A stretch of DNA of 63,956 bases, the filler included, from Chloroflexota bacterium (GTDB taxonomy: Bacteria; Chloroflexota; Chloroflexia; QHBQ01), in the NCBI GenBank assembly GCA_043754535.1. It is 7 parts of 7 records of this genome, joined end to end, with 100 filler letters (N's around TTAATTAATTAA, not from the genome) between each part and the next. Parts side by side here need not be neighbours in the genome. Positions count along the whole stretch, not along the records: positions 24,041 to 41,861 come from JAYUUN010000021.1; positions 41,962 to 47,743 come from JAYUUN010000024.1; positions 47,844 to 53,447 come from JAYUUN010000026.1; 4 more parts are not named here. One strand, written 5' to 3'. The position numbers and the translations under genes are program-made. The notes under the pieces are model-generated. The model saw nothing but the letters and a program-made list of their open reading frames with translations, searched no databases and was not told the origin of the DNA. Shown here piece after piece: positions 40,300-50,580 of this stretch. Each line of letters opens with the position of its first letter. Positions within the stretch are counted from its first letter, which is position 1.

Positions 40300-41861
40300 T
40301 CACGGCGCAGGTGGCTGTACGTTGTAGTAGGTGAGCAGGTCGCGGGTGATGTAGCCAAAGATCGGCACTGCCGTCAGCTCACCCCACTGGCTGCTGGTCG
40401 GGCGGTCTAGCTTGACCAGGGCCACGAACTTCGCGTCCTCTGCTGGGGCGAAGCCAACCACGCCGCCGATGCTGTTGTTGGGGTCGTAGCCACCACCGCG
40501 CAATGGCACCTGTGCTGTGCCAGTCTTGGCTGCGATGCGGTAAGCCTTCGTCTCCACCGTCTTAGCCAAGCGGCCTGTGCCACGCTCCACCACTGCCTCC
40601 ATCATCTCGGTCGTCATCTGCGCCGCGTCGGGGCTGAGTAGCTGGCTCTTAACCTGAGGGCTGCTCTGCTTGACCACCACGCCGTGTTTGTCCACGATCT
40701 TCTGCATGATATAGGGCTGCATGAGATTGCCACCGTTGGCAACTGGCACGATAGCCACCACCATCTGCAAGGGGGTGATCGCTATGCCCTGGCCGAAGGA
40801 GTTGGTGTAGAAGTTGAGGTCGTTCCAGCCCTTGTCACCAGGGAAGTAGACCAGGCCCGGCTCCTCGCTCTCGCCGAAGCCCGCGCCGCTGGTCTGCCCA
40901 ATACCCCACTGCTTGAGGTACTGGTAGAAGCGATCCTTGCTCACCATCTCGGCGATTTTCATGGCGGCGATGTTGTCGGAGATCGCCAACCCGGTCTCCA
41001 TAGACTCGGCGGCGTGGGCGGTGCGGTCGTGGTTGCAGATGCGCTGGCGGTAAAGTTCGCGGCAGGCAGGTAGGTCGAGGGCGAAATCTGGGGTGATCTT
41101 GCCCTCGTTGACCCCCATCGCCCAGGTCAACACCTTGAAGGTACTACCCGGCTCGTAGATGTCGTTGACTACCGGGTTGCGAAAGAGGCTGAGGTCGTTG
41201 GTGTACTGGCTGTAGTTGTTGGGGTCGAAGGTGGGGCGGGCAGCAAGGGCCAGTATCTCTCCGCTCTTGGGGTCGAGGATCACCACCTGACCAGACTTCG
41301 CGCCGGTCGCTCTCATCCCTTCATCCAGGTTGCGCTCAGCAATAAACTGCACGTTCATGTCAATAGTCAGGTAGATGTCCTGCCCATCCACCGGCGGCTC
41401 GTACTGGCGTTGGCCGAGCGGTATCTCTGTGCCGGTCGCGTCGTATTCCGCCTTGAGCAGGCCTGGCTTGCCGCCCAGTACCTTCTCGTAAGCTCCCTCC
41501 AGGCCGTAAGCCCCCACGTTCTCGCTGTTGGCGTAGCCGAGGACGGTGGCGAGGAGGTTGCCGTTGGGGTAGGTGCGGCGGCTGTGCGCTTCCAGCCAGA
41601 GCGAGTCGCTGTGGTCGCTCATCACAGCGTCGAGGCGATCCTTCTGGTCGTCAGTAAGATTGGCCCGTAGCTTGCGAGTGCCAGTGATCTGCGCGCTGAG
41701 GCTGGCGAACATATCCTCTGGGCTGCTGTCGGTTAGCTGGGCAAGGCTGTCGGCGAGGGTGCGACGATCTTCCATCTTCGGCAGGTGGGTAAGGTCGGCG
41801 TAGAGGTCGTAGGCCGTGGCGTTGCCCGCCAACAGGTTGCCATTGCGGTCGTAGATGTTGC
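40300..41861 (-). CDS. ftsI: Class B penicillin-binding protein (FtsI-like; 5' truncated)
   Basis: STFK, SDN and KTG motifs; first gene of the dcw cluster in this contig. Confidence 0.88.
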
Positions 41862-41961
41862 NNNNNNNNNNNNNNNNNNNNNNNNNNNNNNNNNNNNNNN
41901 NNNNNTTAATTAATTAANNNNNNNNNNNNNNNNNNNNNNNNNNNNNNNNNNNNNNNNNNNN

Positions 41962-42532
41962 AGGTGGCATTGTCGCCCTTCGCCTGGGTGATTTGCCCTT
42001 GCAAGCCCGCGACCTCTTGTTTGGCCTGGCCCAGTTGCGCCTGGATGCGGGTTAGTTGGCCGCTCAGGTTGGCAACGCTGGTGTTGTTGTTGCCGATTTC
42101 GTTCTGCAAAGCGATATTCCAGCCCAGCAGGGCGACTATCACCAGGGCGGCAGCGACCAGCGCGGCGAAGCTGAAGATGGTGCGTAGTGGACGCGGGTTC
42201 GCCAGCCCCCGCTCGTCTGGGCGTGGCGGCGGCTGCGTCTCAGCGGCGCGGTAGTAATCCCGGCTGGCTAGCTGCTGCGGCAGAGTTTGGGTAGCAGCCA
42301 GCAACGTTGTCCCCTGCAAGCGAGCCATCATCCGCTGGCGGTGGCCGCTAGGCGGCTCCACAGCAGCAACGTTCGTGGCGAGGCCCACGGCCAGCCCAGA
42401 ATACTCGTCTAGCATCGCCCGCAGGCCAGGGTCAGCGGTGAGGGCCGCCTCCACCACCTGCTGCTCGTCGGCATCAAGCACGTCGAGGGCGTAAGCGGGT
42501 AGCAAATCGATTATCTCTTGTCTCTCCATCAC
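41962..42532 (-). CDS. Anti-sigma factor (RskA-like; 3' truncated)
   Basis: 'DLLPAYALDVLD', 'VEPP...RQRMM', TM helix; overlaps the sigma stop codon. Confidence 0.8.
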
Positions 42533-43161
42533 ACTACTTCCAATCCTTCAGCTTCAAGCATTGCCTTCATCTTCTGGAGGCCAAGCCGAATACGGGTCTT
42601 TACTGTGCCGAGCGGCTCACCGAGGTGGGCAGCAATCTCCGCCTGGGTCATCCCTCCAAAGTAGGCCAGTTCGATCACCCTGCGCTGCACATCGGTCAGG
42701 CGAGTGAGAGCCTGGCGTACTGCGCCGCGCTGCTGATTAAGCCAGCTTAGTTCCTCCGGGCCGCTACGTTCGTCGGGGATGCGGTTGATTGGGTCGTCCC
42801 CTTCTTCCCCATCTGGCCCGAAACTGTGGCTGATCGTCAAGTTACGCTTGTTCTTGCGAATCTCGTCTATGCAGCGGTGATGGACGACGCTTAGTAGCCA
42901 GCTAGCAAACTTGCCCCGCGTCTGGTCGAAGCCTTGAGGGGCTTGCCAGAGTTTAAGGAAGACCTCCTGCACTACTTCTTCAGCCCGGCCCGCATCGGCT
43001 AGCATCCGCACCGCGAGGGCGAAGCACTGCCGAAAGTAGCGGTCGTAGAGCAGAGCTAGCGGCTCAGCGGGGTTTTCGGCGACCGCTACCCCACCACCTT
43101 GCGTAGCACGCTGGCGCAGCATGGCTGCCAATTCCTCGTCTTTGAATGTACTGTAATCCAT
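42529..43161 (-). CDS. ECF RNA polymerase sigma factor (SigK-like)
   Basis: 'EEVVQEVFLKLW', 'ELAYFGGMTQAEIA...PLGTVKTRIRLG'; start 43161 or 43179. Confidence 0.92.
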   Translation of the reverse strand: MDYSTFKDEELAAMLRQRATQGGGVAVAENPAEPLALLYDRYFRQCFALAVRMLADAGRAEEVVQEVFLKLWQAPQGFDQTRGKFASWLLSVVHHRCIDEIRKNKRNLTISHSFGPDGEEGDDPINRIPDERSGPEELSWLNQQRGAVRQALTRLTDVQRRVIELAYFGGMTQAEIAAHLGEPLGTVKTRIRLGLQKMKAMLEAEGLEVV

Positions 43162-43267
43162 CGGGGCTTCTTCCTTCATCAGCTTATCGTGTCTGTGGCA
43201 TTTGTGTCCACATTATACCCGATAACGATTGTGGTCGGTTTCCCCTTACAGTCCTTCATAACTGTAA

Positions 43268-43294
43268 TACGTAACCGCCCACCCTTCAGATGCA
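43268..43294 (-). promoter_or_regulatory. Putative ECF autoregulatory promoter
   Basis: TGCATC-17 bp-CGTA on the minus strand upstream of the sigma gene. Confidence 0.4.
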
Positions 43295-43425
43295 ACTAAT
43301 CGCACTCTAATGCAGACTTCCACTCACCACTAGCTGGTGAACGATTGTTATGGCAAGAAGCGAACCGCCGCTCCCACACCTCGGCATGGTATAATAGGCG
43401 GGCGAAAGCAGACGGAGGAGCAAGT

Positions 43426-45546
43426 TTGGCTAACTGGTGGCGGCGGGAAGTGGCAGGCTGGCGGCGGCTGGCGGCGGGCTGGCCGCTCGTACTGGCTGCC
43501 CTCGGCCTGCTGCTGCTGGCCCTTACCCTCGGCTATCAGGTGCGCCCCAGCTACGACTTCCCTGCTCGCAGCCGCCAGCTTGCCCCCCTGGATGGCGCGC
43601 CCTTCTTTGCAGGCGTGTATGGCGTGGAGCAGGCAGAGGATGCGAACAGCAAGCCCCTCTACGAGTATCGCTGGACGAAACCGCGCCTGGTCATCACCCT
43701 GCCTGGCCTCGCCCGCCAGCCCCTCAGCCTCACCCTACAACTGGCAGGCGGTCGCCCTGCTAGCGTCGCTGCGCCCGTGCTGACCATCAGCGTCGGGGCG
43801 GCAGGGCAGGAGCGGCGGCTGGCGGTGCTGCAACCCGCCCCAGAGTTGCATGACTACCCCCTGCTGGTGCCGCCCGCCGACCTGGGTAGCGGCGACCTGC
43901 GCTTGCTAGTAGAGAGCAACGGCTTTGAGCCAGCAGGTGACCCTCGCCAACTCGGCTTCATCCTCAGCCGCGTACTCGTTGCCCCCCAGCCCAGCGGCAG
44001 CCTCATCTTGCCACCCCGCGACTTTGCGCTCGACCTCAGCCTCAGCCTCGCGCTCGGCCTCTACCTGCTGGCCCGACTGGGCTGGGGGTGGCGGGTCTGG
44101 CTGGCGGTCGCGGCTAGCTTCGCCGCGGCCTGCGCCCTCTGGCTGGTCTACGACCGCCTCTGGCTGACCGTATTCGCCCCCGGCCTGCTGCAAGCGACCG
44201 TGGTGGCGACCATTGCCACCTGGCTGGCCGACCTCGCCGCTGGCTGCTGGGCAAGCTGGCGGGGGGCTGAAGCGGAGCCTTCCAACCCAGCCCCACGCAA
44301 CTACCTGCTGACTACCTTCTTCGCCGCCATCCTCTTTCGCCTCGCGCTGGAACTGCACCCGCAGACGGTGATCGTAGACCTTGGCTTCCACATCCACCGC
44401 CTGGAAGACGTGCTGGGCGGCAACCTCCTGTTCAAGATTAAGTCGGCGGAATGGGGTGGCCGCGAAACCTTCTACCTGCCCACTGCCTACCTGCCGATGA
44501 TCCCGCTCTACTGGTTGACGGGCAGCAAGGCTTTGGCAATCAACATTTTCACCGTTGTGCTGGATAGCAGCGCACTATTCTTCGTCTACTATCTGACCCG
44601 GCTAGCGGCTGGTTGGCGGGCTGGGCTGGCGGCGGCGATCCTCTACGTCAGCCTGCCACTCGGCATCCTCCCCTTCTCCTGGGGCATCACCGCCAACCTG
44701 TTCGGCCAGTGGGCTTTGCTCGGCGCACTGGCGGCGGCAGTGGCGGTGATGACGACGCAGGCGGGGGGGGTGCAGCGTGCGTGGTTCCGTTCCCCGCTGC
44801 TGCGGCCCACCGCCCTCTTTCTAGCTTTGGCTAGCCTGGCGTTGCTCTCTCACCCTGGCGTGGTGATCCTGGCAGGAGGGGGGTTGGGGTTGTTGGGCCT
44901 CGTCTGGGGCGGCTATACCCTGCGCTGGCAGAGGGAAGCGCGGCTGCGCTGGCTGCTGCTGGCGGGCGGCACGCTGCTAGCGGCGGCCTTTGTCTACCTC
45001 GTCTACTACCAGCACTTTGCCGCCGATACCATCGCTACCTTCCGCGAAATCCAGAGCAGTCGGGCGGGGCAGCCCTTCCGCAAGCTGGTTGGCGTGCTGC
45101 CCAACGACCCCACGCTCGGCTTCAACCCGCACTACATCACCGACCAGTCTGCCTGGCTGCGCGAAGGTTTGCAGGGCATCCTCAGCGAAGCGTGGGTCTA
45201 CAATGGCGGGTGGCTGCTGCTTTTTCCGCTTGGTCTGCTACTGCTGGGCAGCAAGCGGCAGGACGCAATACAGCAGGCGAATGCCCGCCTAGTCCTGCTA
45301 GCGGCGGTTGCCTGGGTCGCGGTCGCCTGTCTGTTTGCGCTAGTGGGCATGGTGCTGAACCTGTATGTGCGCTACGCTCTGTTCCTGCTACCGGTCGTCG
45401 CGCTGGGCGGTGGGGTGTTGGTGGGGCGGCTGTGGGCGGTTGGCCGGGCTGGTCACTGGCTGGCCGCCGTCCTGCTCGGCTGGACGGTAGTGGGGGGGCT
45501 GCTGCTGTGGTACAATCGAATCACAGTCTATATGCACAGTAAGTGA
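43426..45546 (+). CDS. Large multi-pass membrane protein (GT-C-like)
   Basis: 'YRWT' extracellular domain, many TMs, 'DLGFH'; TTG start at 43426 after GGAGGAG; TGGTATAAT at ~43387. Confidence 0.75.
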   Translation: MANWWRREVAGWRRLAAGWPLVLAALGLLLLALTLGYQVRPSYDFPARSRQLAPLDGAPFFAGVYGVEQAEDANSKPLYEYRWTKPRLVITLPGLARQPLSLTLQLAGGRPASVAAPVLTISVGAAGQERRLAVLQPAPELHDYPLLVPPADLGSGDLRLLVESNGFEPAGDPRQLGFILSRVLVAPQPSGSLILPPRDFALDLSLSLALGLYLLARLGWGWRVWLAVAASFAAACALWLVYDRLWLTVFAPGLLQATVVATIATWLADLAAGCWASWRGAEAEPSNPAPRNYLLTTFFAAILFRLALELHPQTVIVDLGFHIHRLEDVLGGNLLFKIKSAEWGGRETFYLPTAYLPMIPLYWLTGSKALAINIFTVVLDSSALFFVYYLTRLAAGWRAGLAAAILYVSLPLGILPFSWGITANLFGQWALLGALAAAVAVMTTQAGGVQRAWFRSPLLRPTALFLALASLALLSHPGVVILAGGGLGLLGLVWGGYTLRWQREARLRWLLLAGGTLLAAAFVYLVYYQHFAADTIATFREIQSSRAGQPFRKLVGVLPNDPTLGFNPHYITDQSAWLREGLQGILSEAWVYNGGWLLLFPLGLLLLGSKRQDAIQQANARLVLLAAVAWVAVACLFALVGMVLNLYVRYALFLLPVVALGGGVLVGRLWAVGRAGHWLAAVLLGWTVVGGLLLWYNRITVYMHSK

Positions 45547-45561
45547 AGGTGAGGTGCTCGA

Positions 45562-46509
45562 ATGCAGTACAGGCAGCTTGGTAGCACTGGCTTGCGCGTC
45601 TCCGAAGTCGGCTTCGGCGGCTGGGGCATTGGCGGCAACCAGCACGGCAACAGCTACGGCTACACCGACGACAACACCTCACTAGAGGCGATCTCGCGCG
45701 CCCTCGACCAAGGGTGCAACTTCTTCGACACCGCCGATGTCTACGGCCACGGCCACAGCGAACACCTGTTGGGGGTAGCCCTCACCCTGCGTGACCTGAA
45801 CATGAGCGACGAGGTGTTGATCGCCAGCAAGGTGGGCGGCAACTTCTACGGCGCGGACTTCCGCCTAGACTTCAGCCCAGAGTACATCCGTTTCGCCGTT
45901 GACCAGAGCTTGCGGCGGTTGGGCCGCGACTGGCTCGACCTTTACCAGCTACACAACCCCAGCGTGCAGCAGCTTGAGCAGGGCGGCCTCGGCAAGCTGA
46001 TGCAAGAGTTGCAGGCCGACGGCAAGATACGCCACTGGGGAGTGTCGGTCTTCAGCGTAGAAGAAGGGCTGACGGCGATCCAGGCGGGAGCGGAGACGAT
46101 CCAGATCGTCTACAATGTGCTGCGCGAGGAGGCTGCGCGGAAGCTGTTCCCGGCGGCTGCCGCAGCGGGTGTGGGGGTGATCGCCCGCGAACCGCTCAAC
46201 AATGGGCTGCTGACCGGCAAGTACAAGGCTAGCAGCACCTGGGTGAGCGGCGACGTACGCTCGACGATGCCCGCCCGGTACCTGACCAACCGCCTTCAGG
46301 CCGCCGAGGAGTTGCGCTTCCTCGAAGATGAGGGCCGCACCCTGGCCCAGGCCTGCCTGCGCTTCGCCCTCGACAGCCCGCAAGTCAGTACCGTGATCGT
46401 CGGCTGCAAGACGGCCCAGCAGGTGGACGAGAACCTGGCCGCCAGCGACCTGCCCCCCCTCTCCACCAGTGACCGCCGCACCCTCAGCAGCCTGCTCTAC
46501 GGCAACTGA
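45562..46509 (+). CDS. Aldo/keto reductase
   Basis: 'GLRVSEVGFG', 'FDTADVYG', 'SLRRL..D.LDLYQLH'. Confidence 0.93.
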   Translation: MQYRQLGSTGLRVSEVGFGGWGIGGNQHGNSYGYTDDNTSLEAISRALDQGCNFFDTADVYGHGHSEHLLGVALTLRDLNMSDEVLIASKVGGNFYGADFRLDFSPEYIRFAVDQSLRRLGRDWLDLYQLHNPSVQQLEQGGLGKLMQELQADGKIRHWGVSVFSVEEGLTAIQAGAETIQIVYNVLREEAARKLFPAAAAAGVGVIAREPLNNGLLTGKYKASSTWVSGDVRSTMPARYLTNRLQAAEELRFLEDEGRTLAQACLRFALDSPQVSTVIVGCKTAQQVDENLAASDLPPLSTSDRRTLSSLLYGN

Positions 46510-46544
46510 CCAGCGCATGGGTTCTGCGCCAGCCAGCATCGTCG

Positions 46545-47743
46545 TTACTGGCGTTGCCAAACCACTACTTCCTGCCAACCAGGGGCGAGTAGGCTGAACC
46601 AGTGGTAGCGGGCTACTACCCGATAGCTAGTCACTGGCGGGCGCAGAGGGAGCGCAGGGCCACCCGCCCTGGCTGCACCAACGATATAGAGGGGGTCGAT
46701 CAGCTTGCTGGGTGCGAAGATGCCCGCCACCGCTACACTGCTGCTGCCCAGCCGCTGCACCGCTGCCTCGTAAAGGTAGTAACCAGCCCAGGCGTAGCCG
46801 TTGTCTACCTGCTCAATCGCCACACCGTGCGCCAACAGGTCGCGCCCTGCCCGCCAGCGGGTAGCATTGTAGGCGTAACTGTCGGTGTGTAGGGCAAAGC
46901 TGACTACAGCAAGGGCGGCCAGCAATCCCCACTGCCAGCCCGCCACCGCCCCTGCTTGCCGCTCCCTGCCCACCAGCTTGCCCCGCTCGGCAACAGCCAG
47001 GTAGATCAGGGCGGGCAGCAGCACGAGGTAGTAGCGGCTGAAGAAGGGGCGACTGACCAGCACTGTGCCTGCGAAGGTGAGGGCCGCCGTTGCGGTGAGC
47101 GGCAAGCTGGCTGGCAGGCTGGGTGAGCGGTGCCAGCGGGCGGCGGCCAGCAGGTGGGCGGCAAACTCGCCACCGCGCTCAAGCAGGTTGGCGCAGAGTA
47201 GGGCAGCCAGCGGCAGCCCCAGCCACCAGAGCGGCGTAGCCTCCAACCCGAACGGTGAGAGGCTGTCCGCTTCGGGGTAGACGACGAGGGGTAGCGGTTT
47301 CGGCGCAAAGTAGACGGCGGCGGCCACAACTGGTAGGGTGAGCAGCAGCAGCCAGCGGCGGCGCGGCCAGCCCCAAAGCGGCACGCTGAGGCCCAGCAGT
47401 GGGAGGCTGCCGCCCACATAAAGGGCGCGGTCGACCAACGCCCGCAGGGGATCGCTAACTAGTTCGTGGATCGCCAGTTGTTGGTAGCTGCTGCTCCAAC
47501 TCGGCCCAAAGCCACTGCGCCAGAGCAGATAGCCAGCCGCCGCCAGCCCTGGTAGAGCCAGCACCGCCACTAGCCGCCGCCACTTTCCGATGCTACCGCC
47601 GACAGCTTGCAGATGCGGCTGGCTGAGGGTGACAGCCGCGACAACCAGCGGTAGGGCGAGACCGAACTGCCTGCTGAGGAAGGCGAGAGCCGCGCACAGG
47701 CTAGCAAGTAGCAGTAGCAGTACGCTGGCCCGCTGCGTCCCCT
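46545..47743 (-). CDS. GT-C-like (PMT/ArnT-type) membrane protein (5' truncated)
   Basis: Frame is open to the contig edge; 'AFLSRQFG', 'FSRYYLVLLP', many TMs. Confidence 0.65.
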
Positions 47744-47843
47744 NNNNNNNNNNNNNNNNNNNNNNNNNNNNNNNNNNNNNNNNNNNNTTAATTAATTAAN
47801 NNNNNNNNNNNNNNNNNNNNNNNNNNNNNNNNNNNNNNNNNNN

Positions 47844-48200
47844 ACTGGTCTGCTGCACCAGAGTTGTAGTCTCGGCCACAGCGGAGCCTGCAATGCGGGC
47901 GGCTTCGTGCTGCTGGGTGCTGCTACCCATCAAGCCGCCAGCTAAACGAGTAAGTAGGCTCACTTGCTGCCCAATCTTTGATGTAGCTGACCTCGCTAGT
48001 GCCAACCACGTACATTCCTTCAGCGTTGACCAGCACCTGCTAGCCCCACCATCGTGGTCCAGGCCCAGCCAGGTAGGATCGTTGGTCAGGGTAGCTGGGT
48101 TGTACTGGCGGTAGCTGTGTAGAAGTCGTTGGCAGTAGCCACGATGGTACCGTCGGCACTGGTGAGGAAACCGCCAAGCCGGTACTGACCAGGCTGGTTG
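47844..48200 (-). pseudogene. Degraded chemoreceptor (MCP)-like remnant
   Basis: 'SSTQQHEAA...AVAETTTLVQQTS' MCP-like helix; Cache-like 'GGFLTSADGTIVA' in another frame. Confidence 0.35.
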
Positions 48201-48482
48201 ATGTGTACTTCAGCAGTGACTGATGCACTGGCGAAGGCGGGTCGCTCGGTTCAGGTCGGGTCAGTCAAGGAGGTACAGACCCCGGCTGGCATGGCCCTGC
48301 TAGTCGCCTACAATGTCAACTCAGAGCCGAATGCCGTCACCGGCAAGCAGGTGCGGCTCGAAGCCAACAGATACTACTTCTTCAAGAACGGCAAGCTGGC
48401 GACCCTCGTCCTCACTGCCCCACTCGGTGCCAACAACGTAGACCAGTGGCAGCGCATCAGCCAGAGCTTCGGCTGGCAGTAA
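48198..48482 (+). pseudogene. 5'-truncated lipoprotein-like gene of an ABC transporter operon
   Basis: C-terminal 'NSEPNAVTGKQVRLE...APLGANNVDQW..IS.SF.W'; no signal peptide or start. Confidence 0.5.
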
Positions 48483-48493
48483 GGACGGCAAGG

Positions 48494-48600
48494 ATGGTGA
48501 CTCTACAGGTCCACAACCTCTACCGCTTCTACCATGCTGGTGAGGGTGAGAGCTGGCCCTGTCCTCAGTAGCCTGAGCCTCAGCGTGCGTCGTGGGGGGC
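48494..48600 (+). pseudogene. ABC ATP-binding protein N-terminal remnant
   Basis: 'MVTLQVHNLYRFYHAGEGE' then a frameshifted 'LSLSVRRG'; no Walker A. Confidence 0.55.
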
Positions 48601-48604
48601 GTGC

Positions 48605-50418
48605 TAGCCGCTAATCCTCTTTCTGGGCTTGCCGGGGGCGGTGCTGGCCGCAGTGCTGACTCTGGCGGTGGCTGCAACCGGGGCTGAACGGCGGCAGCGC
48701 GAACAGGCTCTCCTCCGCTTGCGTGGCGCATCAACCAGCCGCATCCTGGGGCTGGCAGGCATCGAGGCGGCGGTGCTGGCGGGTTTGGGCGTGGCTCTCG
48801 GCCTCGTGCTGGCGTGGCTGGCTGGGCAGTTGGTTAGGGCTGGCGCAGGTCTGTTTGAGCCAGCAACCTGGCCTTGGACGGTGCTGGCAGCGTTGGTCGG
48901 CGGGCTGCTGGCGGCGGTGGCGATCCTGCTCCCGGCCTGGCGTACCGCTCGGCAAGCGACGGTGGTGCAGGCGCGGCAGGCTATTGGGCAAGACCGCACC
49001 CCGCTCTACCAGCGGCTCGGCCTCGACTTCATCCTCCTCGCGGTGGCCGGGTTCATCTATTGGCAAGCGGCCAGCACTGGCTATCATCTGGTACTCGCCA
49101 CTGAGGGCGTGGTGCAGACCGCCGTAGACTACACTGCCTTCCTCGCCCCTTCTGCCTGTGGCTGGGCGGTGGGCTGCTGACGATGCGCCTTGCCCGCCTG
49201 TTGCTGCGGCGTAGCAACCTGCTAACCAGTCTGCTGCGCCCCATTACCCACAACCTGAGCGGGGTGGTGGCGGCAGCCAGCAGGCGGCAAGGGGGGTTGC
49301 TAGCACGCGGCCTCCTACTGGTCGCCCTGGCAACCTCGTTCGGAGTCTCGACCGCGGTGTTCAACACCACGTACAACGCCCAGGCGCGGGTGGATGCTGA
49401 GTTGACCAACGGGGCTGACGTGGCTGTGACTGGTACGACCACTGCCCCGGCTGGCAGCCTGCTGTCCAGGTTGGCAGCGTTGCCAGGGGTAACAGCGGTG
49501 CAGCCCTTGATCCACCGCTTCGCCTACGTCGGCACTGACCTGCAAGACATATTTGGCGTGGACGCGGCCCACCTCCAGCAGGCGACTAGCCTCGCCAACG
49601 CCTACTTCGACAGCGGCAACGCAGCCGCGACGATGGCGACCCTCGCCGCTACCCCCGACGGCGTACTGGTTGCGGCGGAGACGGTTAAGGACTTCCAGTT
49701 GCAGGTGGGCGGCCAGATCAACCTGCGGCTACAAAGTGCGAAGGATCAGCAGTACCACGTCGTCCCCTTCCACTTTCTGGGCATCGTGCGCGAGTTCCCC
49801 ACCGCGCCGAAGGACTCGTTCCTGGTCGCCAACGCCAGCTACCTGGCGCAAGCGACTGGCAACCTCGCTGCCGAGGTGGTACTGCTGCGGACGAGTGGAG
49901 ATGCACCGACCCTGGCAGCAACTGTGCGTCCGCTGGTCGCCGACCTACCAGGGGTGCGGGTTAGCGACCTGGAAGCGACCGCCCGCACGATCAGTTCGAG
50001 CCTGACGGCAGTTGATCTGAAGGGGCTGACCCTCCTGGAACTGAGCTTCGCCGTGCTGCTGCTGGTGGGGGCAAGCGGGCTGGTACTGGCTCTGGGGCTA
50101 ACCGAGCAGCGGCGCAGCTTCGCCATCCTGACTGCGTTGGGGGCCAAGCAGGATCAGCTAGCCAGCTTCTTCTGGGCGGAGGGTCTGTTGCTCAACGTCG
50201 GCGGTGGCCTGACTGGAGTCGCCCTGGGGTTGACTCTGGCTCAAGTGCTGGTCAAGGTGCTGACCGGCGTGTTCGACCCCGCGCCGGAGGGTCTAATCCT
50301 ACCCTGGAACTACCTGCTGCTACTGCTGCTGGCAGTAGTGGTTGCCACCATTGCGGTAGTGCTGCTCATGCGGCTGATCGTCCGCCAGCGGGTAGCCGAG
50401 GTGCTGCGCGACATCTAG
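48605..50418 (+). pseudogene. FtsX/MacB-like ABC permease, 5'-deleted and frameshifted near 49150
   Basis: Consecutive ORFs 48629-49180 and 49183-50418 with 'RQREQALLRLRGA' and 'RRSFAILTALGA' motifs. Confidence 0.7.
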
Positions 50419-50424
50419 CTCCCA

Positions 50425-50580
50425 CAAGCACTTCTGCACTTGTTCGGCTCATCTGCTCAACGAATGAACAACGAAGAATGTTGGTGGTGCGTGGACAGTG
50501 CGAAATGCTGGTGGTCAACCGCTCCACCCTCTACTACCGAGCCAAGCAAGATGACGCAGTGACGACTGCGATTCGTAAGC
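50425..50580 (+). mobile_element. IS3-family transposase (OrfB N-terminus) remnant
   Basis: 'VRGQCEMLVVNRSTLYYRA' matches the IS3 OrfB 'xCxLLxVxRSxxYY' start; no DDE domain. Confidence 0.55.
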
